Part shown: positions 1 to 13,510 of the stretch, piece by piece
Layout of the letters: the number at the start of each line of letters is the position of its first letter
How positions within the stretch are numbered: the stretch's first letter is position 1
The notes under the pieces: generated by a model
Database searches by the model: none
What the model was told of the DNA's origin: nothing
Seen by the model: the letters and a program-made list of their open reading frames with translations, nothing else
NCBI RefSeq assembly: GCF_006345805.1
Contig: NC_043010.1
Span: 37,324,001 to 37,388,000 of the forward strand
Source: Octopus sinensis
Lineage: Eukaryota
Direction of reading: 5' to 3'
Length of the DNA: 64,000 nt
Made by a program: the position numbers and the translations under genes

Positions 1-463
1 CTTCTCTTCTTCGTCTTCCTCTTCTGCCCTTCCTCTCACCACCACCACCGTTGCTGCTGTTGCTGCCACTCTTGACAAACCCTTGACTGTTCAAAATGAA
101 ATGGAGAAAGTGATGAAGTGAGGGAGTGAGAAAGAGCGAGTGATAGAGAGATGGAGACAGAAAGGAGAGTAAGAGAGAGAGAGAGAGAAAGAAATGAATA
201 AACCAAGAGAGAGAAATCATTAGAGAGAGACTGACTGACAGACAGAGAAAAGAAAGGTGAGAGAAAGGAATTAAGTGAGAACAGAAAGTTAAAGGAAAAG
301 AAAGAAGTGCATCCTTCGTTTGTGTGCCATCAGCCAATGGTGGGGGGAGGGATATAAATGGTGTTTTAGACGAGGAGGAGGAGGAGGAGATGGTGGGATG
401 GTGTAGTAGTAGAGTTCAATGATTGGAGAGGGAGACATATAGGGGTAGTGGGAAGAGATTGAA

Positions 464-499
<36 letters not shown>

Positions 500-609
500 T
501 GTGTGTTATAGGTTTGCTGTACATTTATTAAAAATGATTATGTTTTGAGTAAACATTGCATTTATATATATATATCATGTGATAGATATATATATATATA
601 TATACACAT

Positions 610-643
<34 letters not shown>

Positions 644-898
644 CACATTATCCATACAGATACAAAAATCACACATGCACACGCCCTCACCTACACGCAT
701 GAATAAGAGCAATATTAAGCAAAAGAGAACTCAATGATAGAATGCAGAGCACAATGTGTATTTGTTCGAGGGATAGTCTTCTTTTGTTGCATTATCACTA
801 TTAGTTTCACCATAACACTGCTCTTCCGTTAATGTTTCATCATTCATCTTCTTGTATTATTTTAAAAATAGAAATACAGATCTTTTCTCGTTTTCCAC

Positions 899-1112
899 TT
901 AACTCTTTTGCATTTAAACTGGCTACATCCAACCCACATATTCCATTTGCTTTCTGTTCAAACCAGTCAGATCCAGCTTTCCACACCTACCCTCCAATGC
1001 CAGTCTAAAAATAGACAAACACATTATCAGAATCTCGGAGCTATGAGATAATGGATAAACTAACTATTCAAGACAATGTGAATAAATAAACGTTACACTT
1101 TGAAAGGCTTAA
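899..1112. mobile_element. TTAA-flanked MITE, family 2
   Basis: TTAA at both ends. The interior is similar to 50324-50552. Confidence 0.55.
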
Positions 1113-1289
1113 TTTGAATTGTGGAAACATGCCTTCTTCTTCTTAGCTATTATATTTGTTGCATTCGTTATTACTATATGTGTGCTTGTTTGTAAGTATC
1201 CAGTTGACTGTCTTTGTGTTTGTGATTATATGTCTCGACTGGCTTCCGTGCAGGTGGCATGTAAAATGCACCAATCCGACCGTGGCCGA

Positions 1290-1510
1290 TGCCAGCCTCG
1301 CCTGGCACCAGTGCAGGTGGCACGTAAAAAGCACCCACTACACTCACGGAGTGGTTGGCGTTAGGAAGGGCATCCAGCTGTAGAAACATTGCCAGATAAG
1401 ACCGGAGCCTGGTGCAGCCTTCTGGCTTCCCAGATCCCCGGTCGAACCGTCCAACCCATGCTAGCATGGAGAACGGACGTTAAACGATGATGATGATGAT
1501 GATGATGATT
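1290..1510 (+). mobile_element. RTE-type 3' tail (SINE or short LINE remnant), representative copy
   Basis: GTGGTTGGCGTTAGGAAGGGCATCCAGCTGTAGAAA...CATGCTAGCATGG...(GAT)n. Further copies near 1.63, 2.15, 5.5, 14.1, 17.85, 20.1, 26.7, 27.2, 30.4, 51.9 and 56.6 kb. Confidence 0.75.
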
Positions 1511-4500
1511 TGCTTAAAATTGTTACAAATTGTTAAATTGGCAAATGACATGCTAGAGAAGAAGAGCCATCAACCCAAGTGAAATCATAATCACGGCAGA
1601 TATTGGTGTCATGCAAACTGACTGGCCCTCATACTGGTGACACGTAAAAGCACCCTTTACACTCTCAGAGTGGTTGGCATTAGGAAGGGCATCCAGCTAT
1701 AGAAACCATGCCAAATCAGATTAGTCTGGTGCAGCCCCATCAGCTTATCAGCCCTGGTCAAACCATCCAACCCTTGCCAGCATGGACAATGGATATGAAA
1801 TGATGATGATGTTAATGTATTCTTGCATAGCTCTGCGTCCTTCCCACTCTCCTTTCGCACTCTCCCAAATACACCAGATTTCTCACGCTGTTCAGTCCTC
1901 TGTACTATTATTTATATACACTTCCCCTGTCACTTGAGGGTGCACCCTAACTCATCTTCTCTCTTTCTCTCTTTTTCCAGTGGGGGTAGCCATGTATCTC
2001 CTTTACTGCACAACACCTATTTCAGTTTCCTTTAATTCATACTTCAACTTCTCATCACCTGGCATAAAGCTTCCTTCCTCACAATACCCAACAGTTGAGG
2101 GGGTCTTGTCCTGCAAGTACTCGGTGACCTCTTGGGTAAGAAGCACTCACTACACTCTGTGAAGTGGTTGGCATTAGAAAGGACATCCAGCTGTAGAAAC
2201 TATGCTGAAGCTGGCTGTGTAGCCTAGCAAAGTCCTCTGGCTTGCCATCCAATCCATGCCAGCACGGAAGGCAGATGTTAAATGATGATGATGATGATAA
2301 CCGCAACAACCTTTTATAGGCATGCCTGTGTGGTTAACAAGTTTGCTTTGGAACCAATTGTTCAGGGATTTGGTCCCCATTCTGTAAGCTATGGCGGCTA
2401 ACATTCTCTACTGCAGCTACAGGTCAACCCATACCTTGTGATTGAAATTGATTGAGAGAAACTGAAGAAGCCTGTCATGTTTGTGTGAGTGTGTGCATTC
2501 CTATGTTTGCGTGATTCGTACTTTCTCCTTGTCCTACATATATGTTCATTAAACAAAACAGCAGCCATGCTATCAGATACAGGCTGTGTTGTATTGTATG
2601 CTTACAGTCAAACACAGAAGCACAACTGAGCTTCTCGACTTGTCTTCATGCTGCTCTGTCTTTGTCAAAAATAAGGTTCATAACTATGTTCAGTTTGTTT
2701 TTGCTCGGTAAACTAGGAGGATTATTTATTACCTTGCTTAGAAAAACAGTGAGGGTTGATGTATGTAAGGCCTACTTGGGTTGCAAAGTATCAGTTGCTA
2801 AGGATATTTATTATAGAAAGGAGATCTCTAACTTTATTACTAATTAACCAAGTAAGTATTATATGAAGACAAAAGGAATTAGAAAATAGAAAAGAAAAAG
2901 AAAATGTGTTTGAGATTTCTTGTTTGCCTCATCAGCATATCAAGTTTCTGTGTAATTAATTTATTAAAGAAATGAGGTCACACTAACTCTTTTATTAATT
3001 AGGCACTAATTATAACTAAAAAGATGTATGTAAGATTGTGATTTCATGTTACTCCTGCTGGGATGGCATTAAGGTATTTATGTAAGGCCTTTGCGTGTGA
3101 GGGCATGAAGAGATTAATTCTGCATCTATTCAGTTTTTTTTTTTAGTTTGGTGTTTCAAAATCAGAAGCTTTTCCAGGGTGCAAGGATACAAGATACATT
3201 TGTTCGTAATAAGTTGGTGCTTTATAAAAGGGCTGACATGTAGTAGATTGTTATTCAGTATGTAGTGTATTGTTATTTTTCAAAAAAACCATATACGTGT
3301 TCCTTGTTTGGTTAGCAGTCTTTTTTGTAATGTCCTCGATATATAATTATGTTGATGAAGCTGGCCCTTAAATTAGTTCATTGTCGCATCTGTGTAATCA
3401 GTACCATTTTGGTTAATGTTAGATGTGACAGTGGTTGCTTTGGGTATAGCTTTTGAGAGTGGCATTTGCCACTCTGCATTTTGTTAGATATGTTCTGATG
3501 ATGTAAACTTGTCACTTTTTACTAATTATTCATGGATGTTCGTGCATTAACGAAGTTCAGTTCATTTGTGTTGAAAAGCTAGTTTTATGTAAATCTGTAT
3601 TAAAGATTTCCCTACAGTAGTAGAGGTGGATCATCATATTACAAGATGGAGAAAAGTTGTTTTGTTTTTTTTCTTTTGTTTGTCTATGTATTTACGTTTA
3701 TCGAAATGATGGATTATACCACATGGTTTTTCTTTTGCACTTCCTCATATTAGATCATGTGTGTCTATTTCTATTACATATTATTTAAGGATTTCAATTG
3801 ATCAAACAACTGGAACACGCATTGTTGTAACTGATACAAGATCCATCATGTTGTGCGCGTATGCATCCATGTGAGTGCGAATGTGTGTATGCGCAAAATT
3901 TGTATCTATATACATATATATATATGTGTGTGTGTGTGTGTTGGCTTGCAGCAGAGGTGTATTCCCTAATGAATGCAGAGCTAAGTGGTGTATATTGACT
4001 GCAATGTTTGTGCATTGTTACATCACTCATGTGTGTGTGTGTATGTGTGTGTGTGTGTGTGTGTTTGTAAAGAAGCAGATGTGAACAAAATTATAAGCAC
4101 ACATCCACAAATGAGCATCTAGGCTTGTGTCTGCCAGTGTGCAAGCATGGACTTTCATGTGCGCACGAGTGTGAGCGAATGCATGTTGGTGCATATCATT
4201 TCGCATTTGCAAACATGCAGCAATGCAAGATCATACCATGAGTCATCAGTTCTTTATAGCTTCTGACACCAGTGTTCGTGGCGGCGGAGGTGGGTGTTCG
4301 GTGGTGTGCTGGGTGGACGGGTGAGTGGGAGGTCTCTGTGTTAGTAGTGATTGTGGTCGCAACAGAGGTGGTCGTGAGACAGATGGGATCACACAAATTG
4401 TGGTGACAATGCAGGTGGTGGTGGCGTCGGCGATGGTGTTTGTGATGGTAGCATTGGTGATAGTAGTGATAGTGTTGATGGCAATGGCAAAACAGATGGG

Positions 4501-6236
4501 ATCACACAAATTGTTGTATCAGTACATGTGGTAGTGGTGGAGGAGGAGGAGGAGGTTGTGGCGGTGATGATGGTGGTGGTGATAACAGTCATGGTAGAAT
4601 TGGTGGTGACAGTATCAGTGGTAGTGGTGGTCATGGTAGAATAGGTGGTGGTGATGGTGGTAGTGGTGGCGGTGGTGGTGGTGAAACAGATGGGATCACA
4701 CAACTTGTAGTGTCAAGTAGTGGTAATGGAGGGGTGTAGGTGGTGTTAGTGGTAGTATAGGCAGTAATGATTGTCCTGGTGAGGCAAGTGACAAGTGGTG
4801 GCGGCTGTGGTGGTAGTGGTGACAACAGATGGGCTCACACAGATTGTGGTGTTGATGGCGGCAGCGGTGGTACCACTTGTTTGATATTAATTGCAGGGAG
4901 GACAATGAATAGCATTGGTATCCTAATAACAAGGCAGCGAGCTGGCAGAAATGTTAGCACGCCGGGCGAAATGCTTAGCGGTATTTCGTCTGCGTTACGT
5001 TGTGAGTTCAAATTCCGCCGAGGTCGACTTTGCCTTTCATCATTTCGGGGTCGATAAATTAAGTGCCAGTTATGCACTGGGGTCGATGTAATCGACTTAA
5101 TACCTATGTCTGTCCTTGATTGTCCCCTCTGTGTTTAGCCCCTGTGGGTAATAAAGAAATAGGTATCCTAATAGTGGTGTCCTGGTGGCAGTGGCGGTGG
5201 CGGCGGCCGCAGCTGCTGCGGCTGCTGGAAGAGTTAATGCCATATGTATACATCCATCCCATAATGCAATGCTTCCCAAATAGCTGCACCCAGTTCTTTT
5301 CACTTCTATCATTTCAGATCATTTCAATTCCCTTCTAAATCAGTTTCCGTTTATTGACTGATGTCCTTGATGTCCCACCCAACTCCTTGCTTCCCTTCTG
5401 AACAACCACTCGTTTCCACCCCCTGTTCCCCTTTCTACCTGTCTTATCTGATATGTAAACATGCAAACACTTTTTTGCACATTAAATGATAATGATGAGG
5501 ATGATGATAATATATAGTCCACTCTGTAAAGTGGTTGGCATTAAGAAGGGTATCCAGCTGTAAGAACCATGCCAGTGTGGAAGATAGACATTAAATGATG
5601 ATGATGATGGTGGTGATACATAATTCATTTATTAATATAGTCTGTAGTGTGTTCCATAGTTTTCTTTACAGTTGTAGCCTGCCAAGTCGATGCACATGTA
5701 TACTTTACATGCAAGTATATATGTATATATTTATGCATATACATGGGTGTGTATAATGGTATTAGAAATAACGAACAACTTAAGATAGAGCAATAGAGTT
5801 CTGTCTTTGTATCGGGCCACACACAAACACACACATATACACACACAGATGACCTGAGAAAAATTGGGAGCAACACAAAATGCACTTTAGTGTAGAATTA
5901 ACTCCTGAGCTTTATGATGTTTTGTATAATAACTATTCTGACACAATTATTGCTAAATCTGTAGCACCAGACAATTAATAAATAAATGAACACCAGGACA
6001 CACATGCATACACAAAATCAGACAGACAGACAGTGGCAAATGAAAGATATGTATATATATACATATGTAGTTTGGTGATATGTTGCCTTTATTCAGGACC
6101 AAAGCTGGATGAAGCCCAACTTGGACAGAACTCTATAATCATTTTAGTGCAATGCTCTACCCATACACATGAGACACAAATGCAAACACACACATGTATA
6201 TGCATGCACACACACACACACACATAGAAATAGATA

Positions 6237-6311
<75 letters not shown>

Positions 6312-6372
6312 GATTTATGCATATATATATATATATGATTTATACATACATATATATATATATATATGATTT

Positions 6373-6425
<53 letters not shown>

Positions 6426-8048
6426 TTATACATATATATATATATATATATATGATTTATACATACATATATATATATATATATATTATGTTTACATATA
6501 TAAATATATGATGTATGTAATTGTATGTAGGTGTGTGTGTGTGTGTGTGTGTAGGCGCATATGTATGTACATACACACATCTATATATGTGTATATGATA
6601 GATGATAATTTTTATGTTGGTACAAGCTCGCCATCATATCAAAAGAGGAGCCTTAGAATGGTTTGTTGACCTGCTAGAAATAGCACCAAAAATCTCCATC
6701 AATTAAACCCTACTATAATGAAGAAAGAAAAGTCAAATCGGATAATGTAGTCTTTTATATATGATGTCTGTAATGGCTAGTATGCCTTTGGTTATAGCTT
6801 TGCAGTTTTAAGATTGACCTGGAGATAAAAAAAAACCTATCAGTATATGCAGCCCCATCACGTGACTTTTAGAGGCCCCCTTCAACTTTTTGTTTTTTGA
6901 AACCCCATCCTGTCAATCAAAATTGATAATCTATGCACCTTTTATTCATTGATATATTTATTTTACTTTATTCTGTCTGAAGTTCAATATTTCACATTAT
7001 CCTAAATAACATCTTTTAAAGTACAAGTTAATTTATTTAGGTCTATTTACAAATTCAATAAGTAAACTTCCAGATATAAATAAAAGAACACTTTTATAAA
7101 CCAGGCAACTTTCAAAGACAAACACAGCACATTTTTCGCTTCATGAAATCATCGATCAGTTCAGAATAATCAAGCTGAGAGCTAAATTCGTGTTCAATTG
7201 ATATCATAGACAATCCACAAAATCTGGTACACGTTTGTGGTACAAAGTATTATTTTTACAAGAACATTTGCAGGTACAACGTATTACCATTTTATTTCTT
7301 GAAATTTTCATTTATTTAGAGAAAGAAGAGGAACAATGGTTCTATGTCAGGTGTTGAGAGATTAAACTCATGTACAATATTGTACATCCACTTTGTGATT
7401 CTGTAATTGATACTTTAGCAAGTATGGTGAAGTCTGTGCTTAGCTGAAGAGATCTAATAAGATTAAAACAAACATTTTGAGAGATTTTCTCCCAGAATTG
7501 CTGAAATAAATGAATAAATGATTAAAATAATTTTTCAGTTCTATTTAGCTACAGTATTTGGCGTCTGCTTAGTGATTTTATGACCAATACTTCAGTAAGC
7601 ATGAAGCTGAAGAGGTTGAATAAAGCTGAAACATATTCAGCTTTGTCTTTCTTCTTGTTCGAAATGGGTTTAAGTTTGTCTTTCATTCACTGCATAATCA
7701 TTTATAATTGAATTATGTATGTTAACATTAACTCGGCTATTGTTTCTCATGCAGATGGTACCTCTAAGTCACTTGTTTTATAAAACATATTGTCAGCCTT
7801 TACTTGACTTGGATCTGATCATGAGCTCAGTTTGCTGAGATATTTACAATCAATCTTCCAACCTCTCTCTTGCTGCATGCCATCTCAGAATTACTAAAAT
7901 TAATTTGGTTAAGCCATCATGGTCGAAGACGTGATGGAAAAGCACCCTCTTCAAATGTCGTGATATTTTTGTTTTGAATTCAATTATTACTGTTGCTATA
8001 GCTGTCATTTCTTTTGTGTTTATTCGTTTGTTGTTTTTCTTCTACCAG

Positions 8049-8125
8049 AGTACGTTGGAATTTAAACTCCGCCAACAAGAATTTATTGAACTTATTCGAA
8101 ATGACCAGAGATTGGAAGCGATAAA
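8049..8125 (+). CDS. MAEA: Internal coding exon of MAEA (macrophage erythroblast attacher, CTLH/GID E3 ligase subunit), CTLH-CRA region
   Basis: Polypyrimidine tract and AG at 8047-8048, GT at 8126-8127. Translates [25 protein letters not shown](K), matching the recalled MAEA segment [26 protein letters not shown]. The 77-nt exon ends in phase 2 (AA), completed by the first G of the next exon. Confidence 0.92.
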
Positions 8126-8407
8126 GTATGTAACAAATTTTGGTCTAACCAACTACTTGTCCACCTCTCTCTCTCTCTTTCTTTTTCTCTCTTTCTTCCC
8201 CTCTTTCTCTCTCTCTCACTCTCTCGCCTACTTATTCTCTCTTTTTCCCTTGCTCTCTTCTCTTCTCTCTATAACTTCTTCCCCTTTTCCTTTCTTCCCA
8301 TCTCTCACCTTCCCTCAGGTCCATGTGTACTTTTGCACATAATGCATATGTGTGTGTTTGTACATGTGTGTTTCTGTATGTAGAGGTGTGTGTATGTGTG
8401 TATTAGT

Positions 8408-8447
<40 letters not shown>

Positions 8448-8456
8448 ATATATATA

Positions 8457-8487
<31 letters not shown>

Positions 8488-8500
8488 GTGTGTATACATG

Positions 8501-8531
<31 letters not shown>

Positions 8532-8599
8532 CTAATACATCTGTTTGTTGTCTACACCACCTGTCTTCGTCTTTGTTTTTTGTGAATTCTACCTTTATT

Positions 8600-8646
<47 letters not shown>

Positions 8647-8728
8647 ACATGATATATATGTATATGTATATATATATTATATATATACATACATATATAC
8701 ATACATACATATGTATTATATATACATG

Positions 8729-8782
<54 letters not shown>

Positions 8783-8815
8783 GATACATAGATATATATG
8801 TATGTATATACACAT

Positions 8816-9660
8816 CATCATCATCATCGTTTATCGTCTGCTTTCCATGCTAGCATGGGTTGGGCGATTTGACTGAGGACTGGTGAACCAGATAGCTGCA
8901 CCAGGCTCCAATCTTGATCTGGCAGAGTTTCTACAGCTGGATGCCCTTCCTAATGCCAACCACTCCACGGGTGTAGTGGGTGCTTTTACATGCCACCGGC
9001 ACGAGGGCCAGTCAGGCGGTACTGGCAATGGCCACGCTCAAATGGTGTTTTTTATGTGTCACCTGCACAGGAGCTAGTCCAGCGGCACTGGCAACGACCT
9101 CGCTCAAATGTTTTTTCACGTGCCACTAAGGCGACGCTGGGAAAGATCACACTCAAGTGGTGCCTCTTATGTGCCACCGGTTCTGTAGCCAATTTTGCTG
9201 CTCTGGCAACGATCACACTCGGATAGTGCTCTTAGCACTCCACTAGCACAGATGCCAGTCATCGAATTTCATTTCGATTTCACTTGCCTCAAGCAAAGTT
9301 TAGTGTCCAATAAAGGAAAGGCATGCATAAGTGGGCTGGTTACACCCCTGGCATAGGCCACGCGGTTATGGTCTCACTTGGCTTGCCGAGTCTGCTCAAG
9401 CACAGCATATTTCCAAAAGTCTTGGTCAGTAGTCATTGCCTCGGTGTTCAAAGGTCGTGTTCACCACCTCATCCCAGGTCTTCCCGAGTCTACCTCTTCC
9501 ACAGGTTCGCTCAACCGTTGGGGTGTGGTACTTTTTCACACAGCTATCCTCATCCATTCTCGCCACATGACCATACCAGCACAGTCGTCTCACTTTCACT
9601 CCACATCTGATGCTTCTTAGGTTCAACTTTTCCCTCAAGGTACTTACACTCTGTCGAGTA
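8816..9660 (-). mobile_element. 5'-truncated RTE-clade LINE 3' end
   Basis: Minus-strand peptide [36 protein letters not shown]...RGRLGKTWDEVV matches the RTE C-terminal LRWxGHVxRM...RGRPxKxW motif. It continues into the 3' UTR (GTGGTTGGCATTAGGAAGGGCATCCAGC) and a (GAT)n tail. Confidence 0.8.
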
Positions 9661-9795
9661 TGCACATATGTATGTATATATATACACACACACACATATA
9701 TAAATGGATATACACACATATATATATATGCACACACATATATATACATATGTATATACACATGAAATTTTACATATATATATATATACACATAC

Positions 9796-9842
<47 letters not shown>

Positions 9843-9997
9843 CATTATATATATATATATATTCATATACATATATATATGTATATATAGATACATATAT
9901 ATAGACATATATATATATATAGATACATATATATAGATATATATATACATATACACACATATATACATTATATATACTCATATATATATAGATTATT

Positions 9998-10051
<54 letters not shown>

Positions 10052-11149
10052 TATATATACGTTATACATATATATACACATATATATTCATTACATATAT
10101 ATATATATATATATGTCTGTGTTATGTGTGTGAGTGAAAGAGAGCATCATACATATGGAGAAAAAGGTGGGGGGTAGAATGTCTAGCAAACAGGTGTAAG
10201 CTACAGAAAACAAAGAGAGAGAGAAAGAAGTAAGAAGAGTGAATAATAGACAACTGATAATGCATTTGTGAATGTGTGCCTGGAGAGCAAATGAATGAAG
10301 CAGATACACACATCTATGCTATAATAAAGAATTGTATAAATGAATGTTTATGTGTGTGTGTGTGTGGTATATATGCAGAGAGAGAGAGAGAGAGAGCGAG
10401 AGAAAGAAGAAAACAGTGAGTGGATTTTAAACCATTAAAATGATGTACATTTTAATGGTTTAAATTTCTGACAATATTTCCTTCTTCCTGACATTGCTGT
10501 AAATCATAAAATGATGGTTTTTTTTCTTTTCTTTCTTTTTTTTTTTTTGAAATGTTCAGATTTTTTTTTTTTAAATTAGAAAAAAAAAAAAATATATATT
10601 TTCACCATTTTATTATTCTTATATTGTTTTTGTATTCGAGGTTGGTGATAGTGCTGGTGGAGGTTAACATTTCTCTGCCAATATTGTTTTGTTCTGCAAC
10701 AGTTCACATTTGTTTTTTTGTTTGTTTTTTCTTCACAGTGGAATTATTAAGAAATGCTATTCACAACCATATTTCTTGTGCAGTTGCAATCATGACTCCT
10801 CAATCTATATTCCATTCCATCTACATTCTAAGAGCATCATATTACGCCATCACCACCAACTACTACTACTACAAATAACAATAATAATAATGATAATAAT
10901 AATAATAATAATCATGCATTAGGCATGATAAAAAAATATTCAGACAAATACATAACAAAAACACCAGGACTTACAAACACATATAACATACAGAAAATTG
11001 CACTACTAGGCACTGCACACATCCTACGCAGAACACTTTCCATACAATAACCATCAGAGCATCACAACAAATCACAGCACATACCCAAGGCACACAGAGC
11101 TGCGCTCGGTAGTGAAGTGAAAGCACGCTATAAAAATAAAACTACTGAA

Positions 11150-13510
11150 CAATAATAATAATAATAATAATAATCCTTTTTACACAAGGGGCCTGAAATT
11201 TGGAGGAGGGGGATAGTTGATTACATCGACCCCCAGTGTGTAACTGGTAGTTAGTTTATCGACCCCCATCATGCCACCTTAATAATAATAATAATAATCC
11301 TTTCTTTATTGGCCACAAGGGCCAAAATTTATGGGGAGGGGATTAGTCGATTATACCGGCCCCAGTGTTTCACTGATACTTAATTTATTGACCCTGAAAG
11401 AATGAAAGGCGAAGGCAACCTTGGCGGAATTTGAACTCAGATGAAATGCTGCTAAACATTTTGCCTGACATGCTAGCAATTCTGCCAGCTCGCTGCCTTA
11501 AATAATAATAATAAGAAGAATCTTTTGTGCTAAAGGTACAATGGGCCTGAAATTTTGATGGAGGATTACTATTTGATTACATCAACTCCAATGTTTCATT
11601 GATACTTAATTTATGAACCTCAAAAGGATGAAAGATAAAGCTGACCTCAGCGGAATTTGAACTCAGAACATAAAGACAGACAAAATGCTGCTAAACATTT
11701 TGTCTAGTATATTAACAATTCTACCAGATTTCCATCTTATAAAATAATAATAATAATAATAATAATAATGCTCTCTGCTAGAAGCACAAGGCCTTAAATT
11801 TTGAGGGAATAGACTAGTCGGATACAGAGACCCCAGTGTTTCACTGGTACTTAATTTATCGACCCCGAAAGGATGAAAGGCAAAGTAGACCTTGGCGGAA
11901 TTTGAGCTCAGAATGTGGCACTGGGCGAAATATTGTTAAGCATTTTGCCTGGCATAGTAACGATTCTGCCAGCTTACCACCTTATAAAACAATAATGCTG
12001 ATAATAATAATGATAATAATAATAATAATATTAATAATAATAATAATAATAATAATGGTTTCAAATTTTGGCACAAGGCTAGCAAGTTCAGGGGAGGGGA
12101 CTAAGTCAATTACATTAACTCCAGTTCTCAACTGATACTTAATTTATTGACCCCGAAAGGATGAAAGGCCAAGTCAACCTCGGTGGAATTTGAATTCAGA
12201 ATGTTAAGAGGGCCGAAATGCCTCTAAGCATTTTGGCCAGCATGCTAATGATTCTGCCAGCTCACCACTTTAATAATAATAATTGCACAAGGCCAGCAAT
12301 ATCAGGAGAGGGGTTAGTCAATTACATCACCCTGATACTTGACTGGTACTTTATTTTATCGACCCTGAGAGGAGGAATAATATTATTGGTAGGATTTGAA
12401 CTCAGAGTGTGAAGAAGTAGAAGAAATGCCACCGCCAGACATTTAGTCTGACATACTCACCACCTTAACTGTAATAATAATAAGAGCACTCAGAAAGCAC
12501 AAACCTCTGCCAAGGCAACACCAACATCCTCTCAACGATTAACCGGAGATGTTTTTAAAATGAGAATATCTGAAATAAACTCGACTGCTCTCACAAGCAA
12601 GAATACTAAAAATGAACTCTACCACTTTCAAAAATAAATTAAAAATCTGGAAAAATAATCCAGAATCCTTGCTTGGTACCAGATTGATCCCAAAATCTAA
12701 TCAGTTCATGCCAGTCACAAGGCCAAACATCCCTGAAAGTTTCATCCGAATCTATCCAGCAGTTCTTGAGATATCTTGTTCATGGACAAACAAACAAACA
12801 AACAAACACGACTGAAAACAATTCCTCCACCTTTGCTAAAGTGGAGATAATGATAATAATTCTTTTTACTATCGGCATAAGGTCTGGAATTTTGTGGGAG
12901 GGCCCTAATTGATTACATCAACCTCAGTGCTCAACTGGTACCTATCTTAAGAAACCCTGAAAGGACGAAAAGCAAAGTTCACCTTGGCATAATTTGAACT
13001 CTGAAAATAAAACCTTGAGAAACGCCACTAAGCATTTGGTCCAGGATGCTAATGATTCTGCCGGCTTGCCAACTTAATAATAATAACAATAGTAGTAGTG
13101 GTGGTGGTAGCAGTGGCGGCAGTGGAAGCGGCTTTGGAAGCTCTGTGTTTTATAAATATTCTTGATTCCATTTTGATGCATTAGATTTATAGATGTTCAT
13201 AACATTTGTTTTGTTATATTGAAGATTTCAATTTCATTCCATAGCTAAGCTTCATAGAATGTAAGTGACACCTGAATGCATGTGAATTATGACAAGTAGA
13301 ATAATATTACAGATTAATAATGGGGATGATAAGTGAAAAAATCATACACTGTAGGATATAGAGGAAAAAAAAATAAGTAGCATTAAATAGTAATAATAAT
13401 AATCTTTTTTACTATAGGATTAGGGTTGAAATTTAGGAGAAGGGCCAGTCGATTAGATTGGCTCCAGTATGCAACTGTTACTTAATTTATAGACCCCAAA
13501 AGGATGAAAG
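11150..13510 (-). mobile_element. Cluster of about eight same-orientation SINE family B copies separated by (AAT)n
   Basis: Repeated ACTGGTACTTAATTTATCGACCCCGAAAGGATGAAAGGC...GAATTTGAACTCAG blocks at about 11.2, 11.35, 11.55, 11.8, 12.1, 12.3, 12.9 and 13.45 kb. Confidence 0.8.
12483..12850 (+). mobile_element. Non-autonomous rolling-circle-like element (Helentron/HINE-like), tentative
   Basis: A second diverged copy lies at 60737-61098. Both have an (ACAA)n tract and a 3' terminal hairpin (CTCCACCTT..AAAGTGGAG; CCTGCACCTT..AGGTGGAGG). The family assignment is inferred from this architecture only. Confidence 0.45.

Noticed and set aside
4379-4850. CRISPR-like appearance (short direct repeats with variable spacers)
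   Set aside because: Eukaryotic context, low-complexity spacers of unequal length, degenerate repeats and no cas genes.
7597-7650. CTGAAGA...GAAACATATTCAG hammerhead-like string
   Set aside because: Helix I cannot form around the core and helix III lacks its pairing G. The stretch folds better as the simple hairpin AAGCTGAA/TTCAGCTT.
7917-7970. Possible extra MAEA alternative segment upstream of the 8049 exon (HGRRRDGKAPSSNV)
   Set aside because: No convincing acceptor/donor pair and no real similarity to the vertebrate MAEA insert.
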